From the NCBI GenBank assembly GCA_977017645.1, contig OZ360226.1, positions 124,310,001-124,374,000 of the forward strand: a DNA stretch of 64,000 nucleotides, in the 5' to 3' direction. The position numbers were made by a program, and so were the translations under genes. The stretch's first letter is position 1. Each line of letters opens with the position of its first letter. The notes under the pieces were generated by a model. It saw nothing but the letters and a program-made list of their open reading frames with translations, ran no database searches and was not told where the DNA came from. Shown here piece by piece: positions 1 to 13,539 of this stretch. This stretch comes from Torpedo marmorata (lineage: Eukaryota).

Positions 1-580
1 CTTGGTCCCCAAGATCCCTCTGTTCCTCCACACTGCTAAGAGTCCTGCTATTAACCATGTATTCCGCCTTCAAGTTCGATTTTCCAAAATGTATCACTTC
101 ATACTTTTCCAGATTTAACTCCATCTGCCACTTCTCTGCCCAACTCTGCATCTTGTCAATCTTCCACTGTAACCTACAACAACCATCTACACTATCCACA
201 ACACCTCCAAACTACATGTTATCTGCAAAGTTACTTACCCACCCTTCTAATTCTTTGTCCAAGTCATTTATAAAAATCACAAAGAGCAGGGATACTAGAA
301 CAAATCCCTGTGGAACACCACTAATCACCAACCTCCAGGCAGAATATGCACCAAATACTACCATCTGTGGGGAACCCAAATCTGAATCCATGCAGCCTCA
401 GGACTTTCTGGATGAGCCTACCATGGGGAACAGCAAACTCTTTATCCCTCCACATCCCTCAAAAAAACTCATTTCGGCTTGTGAGGCACAACCTGCCCCT
501 TATAAAGCCATGCTGGCTGTTCTGAATAAGCCTATGCTCCTCCAAATGCTCGTAAGTCCTGTCCCTAAGAATCCCTTTCA
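1..580 (-). mobile_element. CR1 LINE fragment (degenerate RT region)
   Basis: Minus strand matches the same CR1 ORF2 region (GVPQG, KFAD, WQMELN..KxEV) seen in other CR1 copies in the window. Confidence 0.75.
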
Positions 581-2871
581 ATTAAAAAAATAATAATATA
601 TTATCTCATATTGAAGCTTTCATTGGAATGTTATTGCAGAATTTCCATTTAAAAACAATCTTATCCAAAAAATAACCATTTCCTGGAAACATCATTGCAA
701 TAAAAGAAGACCATTGGGTCAGGCCTTATTTCCCTTTACATCTCAAAATGCTTGCACTACAGAGGGAGAACAGTTCAGTATAGATTATACTAGTTAACAA
801 AATTTGTGGGGAACAATAATTCACAGCAAAACAATTATCTACGTACATATCAATTGTTCAAGGCAGACATCAACAGTCAACATATCAATACCAGTTCTTC
901 ACATCTGAGCAACTCTAACACCACTGCTGTTCCATCTGCAGGTAAGCCACAAATGGCACATAGCAAAACATGGATTGACGCTTGTAAGGAGGAAGTGCTT
1001 TTAAATGGGGAGGAGGGTGGGGGGTTCAAAAGAACAGAAGGATAAAAATACGAAAAAATACTAAATGTAATGTACACAAACAAAATGAAAATCACAACGG
1101 GTATAAATTCATATTAGATCAGCTGTTAAGAAACATATTTGTTGGAATCATTCTAATTACATTGTTATCCTTTTGGTACTCTTAGTGGAATGATTATTTA
1201 GCTATTTTAATTTTTTTCTTTGTGATGGAAGCATTTTTGAGCAAATATTAAACACATAGAGTACATTTTCACACAATTTCTAATTCATTAATTAACCTGG
1301 TTCTAGCAAGGAGGAACTTACATTTATGCATCTCTCAGCATAATTTTTGCAACCTCCCAAAATACTTCACAGCGAATAGGGACAATAGACAAATAGGTGC
1401 AGGAGTCGGCCGTTCGGCCCTTCGAGCCAGCACCGCCATTCACTGTGATCATGGCTGATCATCCACTATCTGTACCCCGTTCCTGCCTTCTCCCCATATC
1501 CCTTGACTCTGCTATCTTTAAGAGCTCTATCTAACTCTTTCTTGAAAGCATCCAGAGAATTGGCCTCCACTGCCTTCTGAGCCAGAGCATTCCACAGATC
1601 CACAACTCTCTGGGTGAAAAAGTTTTTCCTCAACTCTGTTCTAAGTGGACTACCCCTTATTCTTAAACTGTGGCCTCTGGTTCTGGATTCCCCCAACATC
1701 AGGAACATGTTTCCTGCGTCTAGTGTGTCCAATCCCTTAATAATCATATGTTTCAATCAGATCCCCTCTCATCCTTCTAAATTCCAGTGTATACAAGCCC
1801 AATCATTCCAATCTTTCAACATATGACAGTCCCGCCATCCCGGGAATTAACCTCATGAACCTACGCTGCACTCCCTCAATAGCAAGAAAGTCCTTCCGCA
1901 AACCTGGAGACTAAAACTGCACACAATACTCCAGGTGTGGTTTCACCGGGGCCCTGTACAACTGCAGAAGGACCTCTTTGCTCTTATACTCAACTCCCCT
2001 TGTTATGAAGGCCAACATGCCATTAGCTTTCTTCACTGCCTGCTGTACCTGCATGCTTACTTTCAGTGATTGATGAACAAGGACACCTAGATCTCGTTGT
2101 ACTTCCCCTTTTCCTAACTTGACACCATTCAGATAGTAATTTGCCTTCCTGTTTTTGCCACCAAAGTGGATAACCTCACATTTATCCACATTAAACTGCA
2201 TCTGCCATGCATCTGCCCACTCACCCTACCTGTCCAAGTCACCCTGCATTCTCATAACATCCTCCTCACATTTTACACTGCCACCCAGCTTCGTGTCATC
2301 TGCAAATTTGCTAATGTTACTTTTAATCCCTCAATCTAAATCATTAATGTATATTGTAAACAGCTGCAGTCCCAGCACCGAGCCTTGCGGTACCCCACTA
2401 GTCACTGCCTGCCATTCTGAAAGGGACCCGTTAATCTCTACTCTTTCTTTCCTGTCTGCCAACGAATTTTTTATCCATGTCAGTACCCTACTCCCAATAC
2501 CATGTGCTCTAATTTTGCCCACTAATCTATGTGGGACCTTATCAAAGGCTTTCTGAAAGTCCAGGTACACTACATCCACTGGCTCTCCCTTGTCCGTTTT
2601 CATAGTTACATCCTCAAAACATTCCAGAAGATTAGTCAAGCATGATTTCCCCTTCGTAAATCTATGTTGACTCGGACCGATCCTGTTACTGCTATCCAAA
2701 TATGCCGCTATTTCATCTTTTATTATTGACTCCAGCATCTTCCCCACCACTGATGTCAGGCTAACTGCTCTATAATTCCCTGTCTTCTCTCTCCCTCCTT
2801 TCTTAAAAAGTGGGATAACATTAGCTACCCTCCAATTCGCAGGAACTGATCCTGAATCTATAGAACATTGG

Positions 2872-4526
2872 ACCCTGTGATATCTGTCTCTGAGGGCGAC
2901 GTCCGAACATCATTCAAGAGGGTGAACCCTCGCAAGGTGTCAGGCCCTGATGGCGTACCTGGCAGGGTACTGAAAATCTGTGCCAACCAACTAGCCGGAG
3001 TGTTCACGGACATTTTCAACCTCTCATTGCGGCAGTCAGAGGTTTCCACCTGCTTCAAAAGGGCATCAATCATCCCGGTACCCAAGAAGAGTAGTGTGAG
3101 CTGCCTCAACGACTACCGCCCAGTAACACTAACTTCTACTCTGATTAAATGCTTTGAGAGGCTGGTCATGGCCAGAATTAACACATACCTAAGCAAAGAT
3201 CTGGACCCACTGCAATTCGCCTATCATCACAATCGCTCCGCAGCAGATGCAATATCGCTGGCTCTCCACTCAGCTCTGGATCACCTCGAAAACAGCAATT
3301 CATACATACTGCTGCCCGAAACGTCGGTTATGTATTTCTACCTTTGCTACATAAAAGACACTGTTTGACCTGCTGAGTTTCTCCAGCATTTGTGTTTTTT
3401 ACTTCAATCACGGTGTCTATAGATTTTCGTGTTTTACTGCTGCTCTTCATCGACTACAGCTCAGCTTTCAATACTATTATTCCCTCAGTGCTGGTCAAGA
3501 AGCTACAAACTCTAGGCCTCTGTACCCCACTCTGCAACTGGATCCTTGACTTTCTCATCGGAAGACCACAGTCAGTACGAATTGGAAACAACGTCTCCTC
3601 CTCACTGATTATCAACACAGGTGCACCCCAAGGATGAGTGCTTAGCCCACTGCCCTACTCATTGTACACCCATGACTGTGTGGCCAGGCACAATTCCAAT
3701 GCCATCTACAAGTTTGCCGATGACACCACAGTTTTCGGCAGAATCACAAACGGCAATGAGGAAGCGTACAGGAGGGAGATAGATCAGCTCGTTGAATGGT
3801 GTAACGACAACAACCTTGCGCTCAACGTCAGTAAAACCAAGGAGATGATTGTGGACTTCAGGAGGAAGTCAGGGGAACACGACCCAGTCCTCATCGAGGG
3901 CTCAGTAGTGGAGATGGTCAAGAACTTCAAATTCCTGGGTGTCAACATCTCTGAGGATCTGTCCTGGTGCCTCCACGTTGATGCAATCACTAAGAAGGCT
4001 CACCAGCGGCTATACTTTGTGAGGTGTCTGAGGAGATTAGGTATGTCACCGAAGACTCTCGTAAACTTTTACAGGTGCATCACTGCCTGGTATGGAGGCA
4101 CCAACTCTCAGGACAAGAATAAACTCCAGATGGTTGTTAACTCGGCCTGTGACATCACAGGCACCAGACTTCACTCCATCGAGGACACCTCCATGAGACG
4201 GTGTCTTAAAAAAGCAGCCTCTGTCCTCAAAGACCCCCAGCACCCAGGCCATGCCCTCTTCACTCTGTTATCATCGGGAAAAAGGTACAGGTGTCTAAAG
4301 ACGAGCACTCAATGGTACAAGGACAGCTTCTTCCCCGCTGCCATCTGATTCCTAAATAATCAATGAACCAAAGACACTGCCTTACTTTTCATGCACTATT
4401 ATTTATATATGTTTTTATAGTAATGTCGTAAGATGGTTATAATATGAATGTTTGCACTATGATGCTGCCGCAAAACACCGAATTTCATGACTTGTTCATG
4501 ACAATAAATTCTGATTCTGATTCTGA
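2872..4526 (+). mobile_element. Rex1/Babar-type non-LTR retrotransposon, 5'-truncated
   Basis: ORFs 2868..3368, 3392..3637 and 3638..4348 have [38 protein letters not shown] and SFFPAAI; 3' end GACAATAAA(TTCTGA)n. Confidence 0.85.
3315..3434 (+). mobile_element. Short Penelope terminal (pLTR) copy inside the Rex1 LINE
   Basis: Near-identical to 19922-20045; flanked by TACTGCTG (3307-3314 and 3435-3442). Confidence 0.9.
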
Positions 4527-7500
4527 AAATGATTACCAATGCGTCCACGATTTCTGGAGCCACCTCCTTGAGTACCCTGGGATGCAGACCATCAGGCCCT
4601 GGGGATTTATCAGCCTTTAGTCCCATTTTCTGCCTAATGTGAATTTCCTTCAGTTCCTCTGTTACCCTAGGTTCTCTGTCCACTATTACATCTGGGAGAT
4701 TGTTTGTGTCTTCCCTAGTGAAGACAGATCCAAAGTACCTGTTCAGCTCTTCTGCCATTTCCTTGTTCCCCATAATTGCAGTCACTCTTATTTCGCCAGA
4801 TCAAAGTTCCACACTTTGTAAGTGATAAATGATCTCCTTAAAGTAAGATGAACCAAAATACAACTTCATTCCACAATGAGATAAATGACTAAATCACAGG
4901 TTGTTTGAAAAGGCATGGAAATTATGTTTGCTCACCTGCCTCTCTAATAATGCTGGCAGCTCAGAACAGTGCAACTGAAGTACTTGCCAATTTAGGCAGG
5001 GTGGTTTTTATGATGCACAGATTGGCATCCCATGACATACACAGAAATTTGTCTGCAATTATGAGCCTTGACTGGAAGAAGTGTGAACTGCTAATGTGCT
5101 ATTCTTTCATATTGACATTGAACAACTCAAACAATGGTCTTAAAAGGTACTCATTAAGGATATTTTTAACTTTTATTATTCTGAGGCTATAAAAGAGGCC
5201 AGTAAAATTGCTCTAAACTCCGATCGTTACTGTTAATAGCTTAGTATTAATTTGTTCTCCAGAAATTCAGTAGGCTTGTTTGGTTGACATTTCCAAGGCC
5301 TGACAGCTCTACCCCGGATAACATGGAGATGCCATTCACCTCCAAACTTTTCTCCAAGCCTCATATCATCTGACCTGGATCTACGTAAATGTTTCTTCAT
5401 GTGGCATAATGCAGCTGGAATGGCGATCAGGCACTTTGTAAGTCGGTGAATGATCTTCTCAAAGTAAGATTAACCAGAATCTTGGTGCATGCAGATCCCT
5501 TTATTGTTATGTAATAGTACAGAACAAGTAATATTACATGAAATTGCCTTCTGCCTGCTCCAAGGCAGACAAAGAGTCACCATTAGTGTTGCCCGGCACC
5601 TCTTAGAGTAAGAGAGAAAGAGAAGCAAAAATGGGGACCCTTCAGAGTCGTTGAGTGCCTCCAGCACTCCCGCTGCCTCTGCAGCCGCATAGACTCCTGT
5701 TCTACCCATTGGCAATCCAAGCTCCAGATCTAAACCTCCGATGCAACATGAAAATTAAAAACTTTATATGTCAACCTGTAGAGGTTACCTGTCAAGATTA
5801 CCTCTGCAGGGCCATTCACCAATGATTTCCTGATTAGAGCCGGAGTGGATGTAGGAGTCATTCTGAGATGTGATTTAGTAACAGCAAATCGATCAGATAA
5901 TACCATGCTTGTCTTCTTACTGTTAACATTGCCACATAACTGGAAAAAAATATGACTGCCACTAACTCTCAAAATACCCGAACAATTGGAAGGAAAATAA
6001 AAAATATTAGATAAAATAATGAAGATTATAGGTATTTTGATGCCAAGGTTTCAAATGTTATTAATGAGCCATACCAGAAATGTATACTATGTTAAATTTG
6101 TGTCTGCATGCTCCATAGAATTAGATGCCCTTCTGCAGGCTCCACAACATTCAGGCACAATTACACCACGAGGTACAAGCCCAGATTTTACAACTGTGAC
6201 CTTTTGTATCTCTGTTTACTTTGTATTAGACTGGGACTTGGATGCTCAAAGATGAAGATAATCAGAACCATTTTTTTGACTGGAAATGCCAGAAGTTAAT
6301 AATTCCTATTAACATGGGGGGTCTTTGCAAGTAATCATATGAACTGTTTTGGTTTATTTATTCACTCAGGCCTGCAGTATATTATACGTCTGAAATCCAT
6401 AGATACACCCATCATCCCCATTAGTTATTATCAGTCTTATTTTGTCCTTTTGCTAGACAAGTAGCAGTCTTAAATACCTGTGAATCTTGAAATAACATTG
6501 TTCCCTTTGTAGAGTGCCCTATTTTGTGAAATACTGTGGAAGTGTGCTGATTGATACTGTCAAGTTCAGGCAGGAAAACCTCCTGGCCACTTGAATGGTT
6601 CTGTTTTATTACTGATTAATTAACCCATTTGTTGCCATCAATCATGGGGTCAATTTAGTATGTATGATTTGTGTTGTAGATGATTTTACAGGTTCAGTGT
6701 TAAGGTGACTTGTTCATGACAATAAATTCTGATTCTGAAGATAATTGTTGAGACATAGATTTGTTGACTGCTTTGTGAAGCCTCACTTCATTTAATGTTT
6801 TGCAATTAAGAGTTTTAAGTTACATGTTTCAATGAACTCTTCAGTTTATATTTCCTGTAGATCTTTAATTTTTTTTCCTGGAATTTCATTGGAAATTGTT
6901 AAAAATAATGACTAAAGCCTGAATTCATCTGATTTTCCTTCATTGGGCTTCTCCACACATTGCAGGTTTTGATTGTACATTGCACAAATAGCAGATGCAA
7001 GAGACTATCTCCATTTTGTTTTATATACAGCTGCTGCTTTCACTCCCTCTGCTGCTGCACCAGTGAGAAAAGATTACACAATACTGCACCCTGAACTTCA
7101 CGAATGAATGAGTGCTCCCAGCAGTGATGTGATAATTACAGAAAACCATTACAAATTCAGGCTTGCGTGTCTCACATTGATTTATTCACCCATAACAAAG
7201 CTACATAGCTCTCGAAATAAGATGTGAAGAATGAATTGTACTTTAATGTATTACTCTGGGTAGCATTTGAGTTTGTGAAATAAATTGAAAATGTTTGTAA
7301 AAGTAGCATAGATTGGTTAATTCCAATCCAATACACTTGACAATACGATATATTTGTTATTTATGAAAAGAAAATGAAAAATTGTTTACATTCAGGGAAG
7401 CGAGATCATTTACATCAAAAGTATTTCTCAGTTTCCAAAGGTTTTTGAGGTGGAATCTTTTAATCACAACATCACTGAGACAGATGCAGATTGAATTTAA

Positions 7501-7654
7501 AATCTGAAATGCCATATTAAGATAAAGTTTCATTAATATAATTGCTTAATGGTTTCTAATCAATATGATTTCTCTGTTTGGCATTATTCCTAAAGCTATC
7601 TCTTCTGCTGGACTCAGCAGAGTGTATTTGCCAATGAACGTGTTTCCATTCTTT

Positions 7655-8446
7655 AGCCCCTTTCACACCGCCAAGTACATGTGGGTTAAACCGGCCAAAT
7701 TAGCGGGTCTGTAGCGGGTAATCTGGCGGTGTGAAAGGTTCCAACCGGGCAGGGCGAGTAAAAATCAACGGGGCTCTGACTCTGGGTGGGGGCAAGTATC
7801 AGAGCCCGGCCGAGTTAACTCGTTAATCACTCTGTGGTGGTGTGAATGGTCTACTCGACTTACCGGGTACCGTTAGTGCCTGTGTGCTTGGGTCAGTCTG
7901 TCAGAGCGCGGCCGGCTGCGCTGTGAAATATAACTGTGCAGTCGGCGTGGCTGTCAGAGTGCGGCCGACGGGGCTGTTAGCGCGTACCTGTGCTTCAAAT
8001 CATCACAAGATTACTTTTAATACCTAATACAATGTAATGCTATGTAAATTGTTGTTATACTCTATTGTTTAGGGAATAATGACAAGCTGGTCTGTGGGTT
8101 TTTCCTAAGTTTGTCCTAAGTTTGAACAGTCTGAAGCCCATTGCGGTATATTTTCCCACGGTCTTTTATACATATGCGCGTATGTCTTATTAAACTGTGC
8201 GTGTTTTTTCCCACGGTCTTTTATACATTGAGCGTGTATGTGCTTTATTCCCGCTACAATTTCACTGCCCTGCGAGTACATAATACGACACTCGTGATGT
8301 CACCGCTGGAGGCAGGAACCCCCCCTTAAAATCCTGGGTTCCCGATAAACCAGGTAAATCATGGTGCAGTGGGAAAGGCTCCCTGGGTGCAGCATGCCCG
8401 GTAAGTTTACCCGCTTCCTCGGAAGATTGGCGGTGTGAAAGGGGCT
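7655..8446. mobile_element. Non-autonomous DNA transposon (PIF/Harbinger-like MITE)
   Basis: Perfect 20-bp TIRs AGCCCCTTTCACACCGCCAA (7655-7674) / TTGGCGGTGTGAAAGGGGCT (8427-8446), flanked by TTT on both sides; no transposase. Confidence 0.75.
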
Positions 8447-9786
8447 TTTGACTCCATTTGCTTCATTTTCAGTGACATGTGGTTAGGTTGTCAGTCCTCC
8501 ATTGGATTAGGATTTGATCAATATATCAAGAAGTTGCTTCTCTTTAATTACTTTCACTCACTCTTATTTGTTGAGGGCTATAATCCTGAGTGATGACTTA
8601 CTTGAGGGCAACTATTGTGTTTTTACTGCATTGTGATAGTATGCAGTCTCAATGCATTGAGAAAATGAGTAGATAATATGTTCTGATTGGATTGATTAAA
8701 AATACATATATTGGCTAAGACACAACTGGAATAGATGGATTAAAGAGGATAGAAGCATATACTAGTTGAGCCACATGGCCTGCATCTCTACTGTTAATCC
8801 TTCTTTACTTGTGAAGTGAACTTGTGATTTTGTGATCCATTGTGGGAAAGTATATCATGTATTTTTTAATGTATTGTTACATGTCAATAAAAGGCATCTT
8901 GAACCTTAAACTTGAAATTGTTCAGGGGAGGCCAGGCAACTCCCATGAGAATTATGAATGAAGTCAAATTATGAGAATACCAATTCTATTAAAACTGTAA
9001 GTATAAAAGTTTATAATAAAGACTTTAAAAGTTTCCTTGTTTTGAAAATAATCATTTTAAGTATTTTGTGTATTGAAGTGACTTGTTTAGTTGGTGTGTA
9101 TTTCAGCAGGAAATGAAGCTGTTCCTTTTCACTTGCCTGACAGCTCCAGCCCAAAAAAATATCATGGTTGAGAAATGCTGGTGCATCTTCGTGTATGTGA
9201 TGGATGTCAGAGCACTGGCATTCCATTCAAGTGTCTAGTGTTATCCAGGATTGAGGCCAAACCTGGGAAGCATAAGAAGGGAGAAAGGGTTGGGGTCTGA
9301 GGTCTGATTGAGGCCTGAGATCAGGTTGGAACTCAAGATGTTAATAAGTAAGACTAGAACTGTGGAGATAGGTTAGAAATTCAGAGATTGCATTGTAAGT
9401 GAGTAAGTCACAACAATTTGTGCACGTTATCAGTGGATTGGGTCAACGAGCTTGTTGGGGTGAAAGGATGAATGGTAAGCCCCATATAACATAATTACTT
9501 GGTTGTCCTGGGGGCCTAACAATGATCACTCCCGGAACAATTTGGTCAAATTATCCCAGCAGTTCTTCAAGAGGAGTGCTGTGTAATGAATGGAGTAATT
9601 TGATCTAATGCTGAAATTGTATCAAGTATGAGTTTCTGGAGTGACTTGAAATGAACCAGAAACAATTTCACTCTGTGGTACATTTTCAATTACACAGTGT
9701 CGAAATAAACAGAGTTAAGTAACTTAATCTCTGTACAAACACATTGATGATTTCATTGGAGCATTCATCTCTAACACCTCAGTGAA

Positions 9787-10545
9787 ATGGCAGATGGAGT
9801 TTCATCCAGACAAGTGTGAGGTGTTGCATTTTGTGAGGTCAAGTGTAAGGGGAAAGTGCATAGTTAATGGCAGGACTTAACAGCATTGATGTGCAGGGAA
9901 ACTGGCAGTCCAAGTCTATTGCTCCCAGAAAGTGACCACACATGTACTGTAGATAGGATGGCAAAGAAGGATTATGGCATGTTTGCCTTGATTGGTTGAG
10001 AAATTGAGTGTAAGAGTAAGGAAATCATGTTGCAGGTATATAAAACTTTGGCTAGGCTGCACTTGGAATATTGTGTGCAATTTTGGTCATCTCATTACAG
10101 GAAGAATGTGCAGGCTTTGGAAAGGGTACAGAAGAGGTTTACCAGGATGCTGCCTGGATTAAAGTGTATGAGTCATGGGGAAAGATTGGACAAACGGGTG
10201 GTTTTCTTTGGAGCATTGGAGGCTGAGGGAGAACCTGATAGAAGTTTATAAAATTATAAGAGACAAAGATAGGGTAGACAGTCAGACTCTTTTTCCCCAG
10301 GGTAAAAGTGTCACATACTAGAGGACATCTGTTTAAGCTGTAGGGAGCGATAGGTGCCTGGAACAGGTTGCCAGGAGTAGTGATGAAAGTAGATATTGTA
10401 GCATTTAAGAGGCTTCTAAATATTCAGGGACATGGGAATTTGGATCAGATGCAACCAGAAGAGTTTTGTTTAATTTGGCATCATGTTTGGCACAAATATT
10501 GTGAGCTGAAGGGCCTGTTCCTGTGCTATACGGTTCTATATGTCA
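9787..10545 (+). mobile_element. CR1 LINE 3' fragment
   Basis: ORF 10027..10251 (YKTLARLHLEYCVQFWS..ERVQKRFTRMLPGL); CR1 3' tail GGGCCTGTTCCTGTGCT..TTCTAT. Confidence 0.85.
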
Positions 10546-11094
10546 TTTGTTAACTCACCCTGAACCTTTTGCGTTTTCTATTTGAATACTGCTAGGCCTT
10601 CATTCTACTTCTGGCATATTTTCTGTTTTTATTGAAGATTTCCACTATTTTCAATCTTACTAGATGTTTGGTATATCAAATGATTTCACGAGGAGGCACT
10701 GGCACTTCTCAGACATTCAACCAGATTGTTAGCAATGCAGACAGTGAAACAATTTTCCTTTTCTTTCCTTTCTGGGACTACAACTGTCTGTTCAACCACA
10801 GTTCACACTTATAATCAGAATGACTTTCAGTCTTGTTCTAAGGGAGCCTTCCTGATTTAACAAAGATGAATGTGTACAGATAATACTCATTAGACATATC
10901 CTTATTATAGTTACTCCGGGACTTATGTAACACACAAAGAGCATCAGAAAATAATATATTGTTCAGATAGACAGCACTGCGCTCATTCATTGTACTATCA
11001 TGGTGGAAGTACTAAATTGGGGATTAAGCTCAGACAATCCAAACTTTATGGTTTTGTTTAGATCTTGTGAACAGAGCTGTTTCTTAGTTTGACC

Positions 11095-11538
11095 AAAACA
11101 AAATGCTGCAGAGGCTAAATTGTAAACAAAAGATACTGAAACTACATGAAAGTGCTGGAGAAACTCAGCAGGTCACACAGCATCCAAAGGAAGTAAAAGG
11201 CAGACAATATTTCAGGCCTGGACCCTTCATCAGGAATCAGGGAAAACAGGTACCCACATAAATAAAAAGGTGGGAGGAGGGGGAGGAGTAGATAAGTGAA
11301 GGGAGGACATGGGAAGGGGAAGAGCTCAGGCTAACAGGTAATAGGTGGATACAGGTGGGAGGGTAGAAGAGAAAGGTGAGGTGACATGGGGAGAGGGCAA
11401 AGGAGGATAGCTCTCTGATAGGAGGAAGGGAAGGGGGTGGGGAGCTGGAGGAAAGGAGACAGAGGGCCAGGGAAAGAGAGAGATAAGGGGAGGGGGTTAA
11501 CAGAAATTGGAGAAGATGATATTAATGCCATCTGGTCA
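11095..11538 (-). mobile_element. Older Penelope 3' end with pLTR
   Basis: Reverse complement has CCAGATGGCATTAAT (ORF end, as at 19675), a pyrimidine-rich 3' UTR, CTGATGAAGGGTCCAGGCCTGAAA and GACCTGCTGAGTTTCTCCAGCA. Confidence 0.75.
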
Positions 11539-11884
11539 GAGACTGCCCTCCTTAGCCCTATTTTGAGCCTACTGACTACTGCTTGGCCAGAGGGGATGAA
11601 GACCCTCAGCTTTAGCCCAGCCATGTTAACATATTGAGCATAGCCCCATTTATTTGAAGGTTATAATGACCTTCATTAAAAACAATGAAATGATTAATTT
11701 TACTGCACGTGAATATTAATTATTTAAATAATTAACATAAGTTGTATGTGATTTTTAAATTAATTTGTAACATCTAATTTTTAAATGTTTTACTAATATT
11801 TCATGTAATAAATATTTAAACATTTTCAGCTGTTTCTAATAATTTCTGATCATCATTGGCATTTAAATTAAATGTTAAATTTTT

Positions 11885-12110
11885 AAATTTAGGCAGACAG
11901 CATGGTAACAAGCCCTTTCGGCCCACAAGTCCATGATGCCCAATTACACTCTATTGACCTACAACCCCTGGTACTTTTTTTTTTGAACGGTGGGAGGAAA
12001 CCGGAGCACCTGGAGGAAACCCACACAGATACAGGGAGAACGTGCAAACTCCTAACAAACAGTGCGGGATTTGAACCCCGGTCGCTGGCACTGTAACAGC
12101 GTGCCGCCCC
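11885..12110 (-). mobile_element. tRNA-derived V-SINE (HE1-like)
   Basis: B-box GGTTCAAATCC, V-domain GGGTTTCCTCCAGGTGCTCCGGTTTCCTCCCAC and a CR1-like 3' tail; paralogous to 30771-31015. Confidence 0.8.
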
Positions 12111-12786
12111 AAACAAAGGAACAGCTGCCAAAGACAAACAGGTGGAGTTTCAGTGACTTCTCATGGACTACTTCACCTTGTGGTGCAGCTGCTGGAGTGT
12201 GACTATCTGGATTTTGCAAGCCACAACAAGTAACTGCACTGCATATGGAGGCATATAGTGAGTAATGAATGCAAGGAGCAGACCAGGTCAGGCCCCTGTT
12301 TCTCCCTCCATTAATGTTGCCTAATTTGATGAGTAATTCCAACCTTTCTTCTCCTTGGAGGTCAAAAATATGGGGAATGTATACAGTTAATGGTAGGCCT
12401 CTTGAAAGCATTGATGTACAGAGGGATCGGGGGGGGGGGGCAGATCCATAGCTCCTTGAAAGTGGCCATGTAAGTATATATTGTGGTAAGGAAGGTATAT
12501 AGTATGCTTACCTTCATCGAGTGGGGCATTGAGTATAAACTAAAGTTGTGTTGCAGCTTTATAAAACTGGTTAGACTGCACTTGGAATATTGTGTGCAAT
12601 TCTGGTCCAGCCATTACAGAAAGGATGGGGAGGCTTTGGAAAGGATACAAAACAGATTTACTAGGATATTGTCTGGATTACAGGGCATGACCTATGGTGA
12701 GAGGTTGGATAAACTTGACTATCCCCTCCGACCTTCCCCTCTCTGAGACGGAGCGCTCCGTCCTCAGTAGAGGCCTCACCTAACAA

Positions 12787-13266
12787 ATGAATCAAAGACC
12801 ATGTCCAGTTTTGATTAAATGCCTCAGATACCAAGATAGAGAAAGAATATTAAGAACAGCTATTCGAATTGCAAGAGAAGATAGATCTCCACTGATGATT
12901 GATGGAAATAGAGTGTTCTTTTACCCTGATTTGAGTCCTGGGGTAGTTAAAAGTCGGAAAGAATTCAATCCAGCAAAAGCAATTCTTTGGCAAAAAGGAT
13001 ATAAGTTTTCATTTAAATTTCCTGCGGCTTTGAGAATTCAAAGTGAAGGAGATAATTTTAATATCTCTACGGATCCTCAACAAGCGTTAAGGCATGCAGA
13101 TGCTCTTCCTTATTTGTTTAAAGTTCAACAGGAGATGGATAGTCAACAAGATGAAGAAAGTTTGGTATTGCAGAGTTCCTCGCCGAGTTCTTCACGGAGA
13201 GATGGGAGGATTCGAGTCCAGAATGAAGAAGATCAAGATAATGTGGACACTGGAACAATTACATGA
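12787..13266 (+). pseudogene. L1 ORF1p C-terminal part
   Basis: FFYPDLS..RKEFNPAK..FSFKFPAALRI, typical of the ORF1p C-terminal domain; truncated at the insertion junction. Confidence 0.75.
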
Positions 13267-13539
13267 AGTTATGATTAATGATAAATGTAAAATCTGTTGG
13301 GGGGAGGTGGACTTTTTGTCTCTTCTTCCTAGCTACACACCACTTTAGTGGCGAGAGCCGCTTCTCGAGCAATGGAGGGGGGTAGTACTGGGGCAACTGT
13401 ACCAGTATTTTATTCATCGGGGTTTTTTCTTTTCCTTTCTTATTTTTCTTTGCTTTCTTTAAGGGGATGCCAAGTAGTTCACAATTTTGGAGGAAAAAGC
13501 TAGTGGACTTGATCGAAAGAGATTTGATAAAATTTAGTC

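Larger units (their letters stand above)
1382..4780 (-). mobile_element. CR1 LINE, 5'-truncated, split by a Rex1-type LINE at ~2872-4526
   Basis: ORFs 1466..1756, 1911..2201, 2331..2750 and 4399..4785 have CR1 motifs (KSPGPDGLHPRVLKE, YLDFQKAFDKVPH, GVPQGSVLG, HLEYCVQF). CR1 sequence 'agaacattgg|aaatgattacc' rejoins across the insert. Confidence 0.9.

Noticed and set aside
4805-5480. Two ~45-bp similar segments (CACTTTGTAAGT..AATGATC..AAAGTAAGAT.AACCA)
   Set aside because: Most likely old CR1 fragments on the minus strand; too short and diverged to define an element
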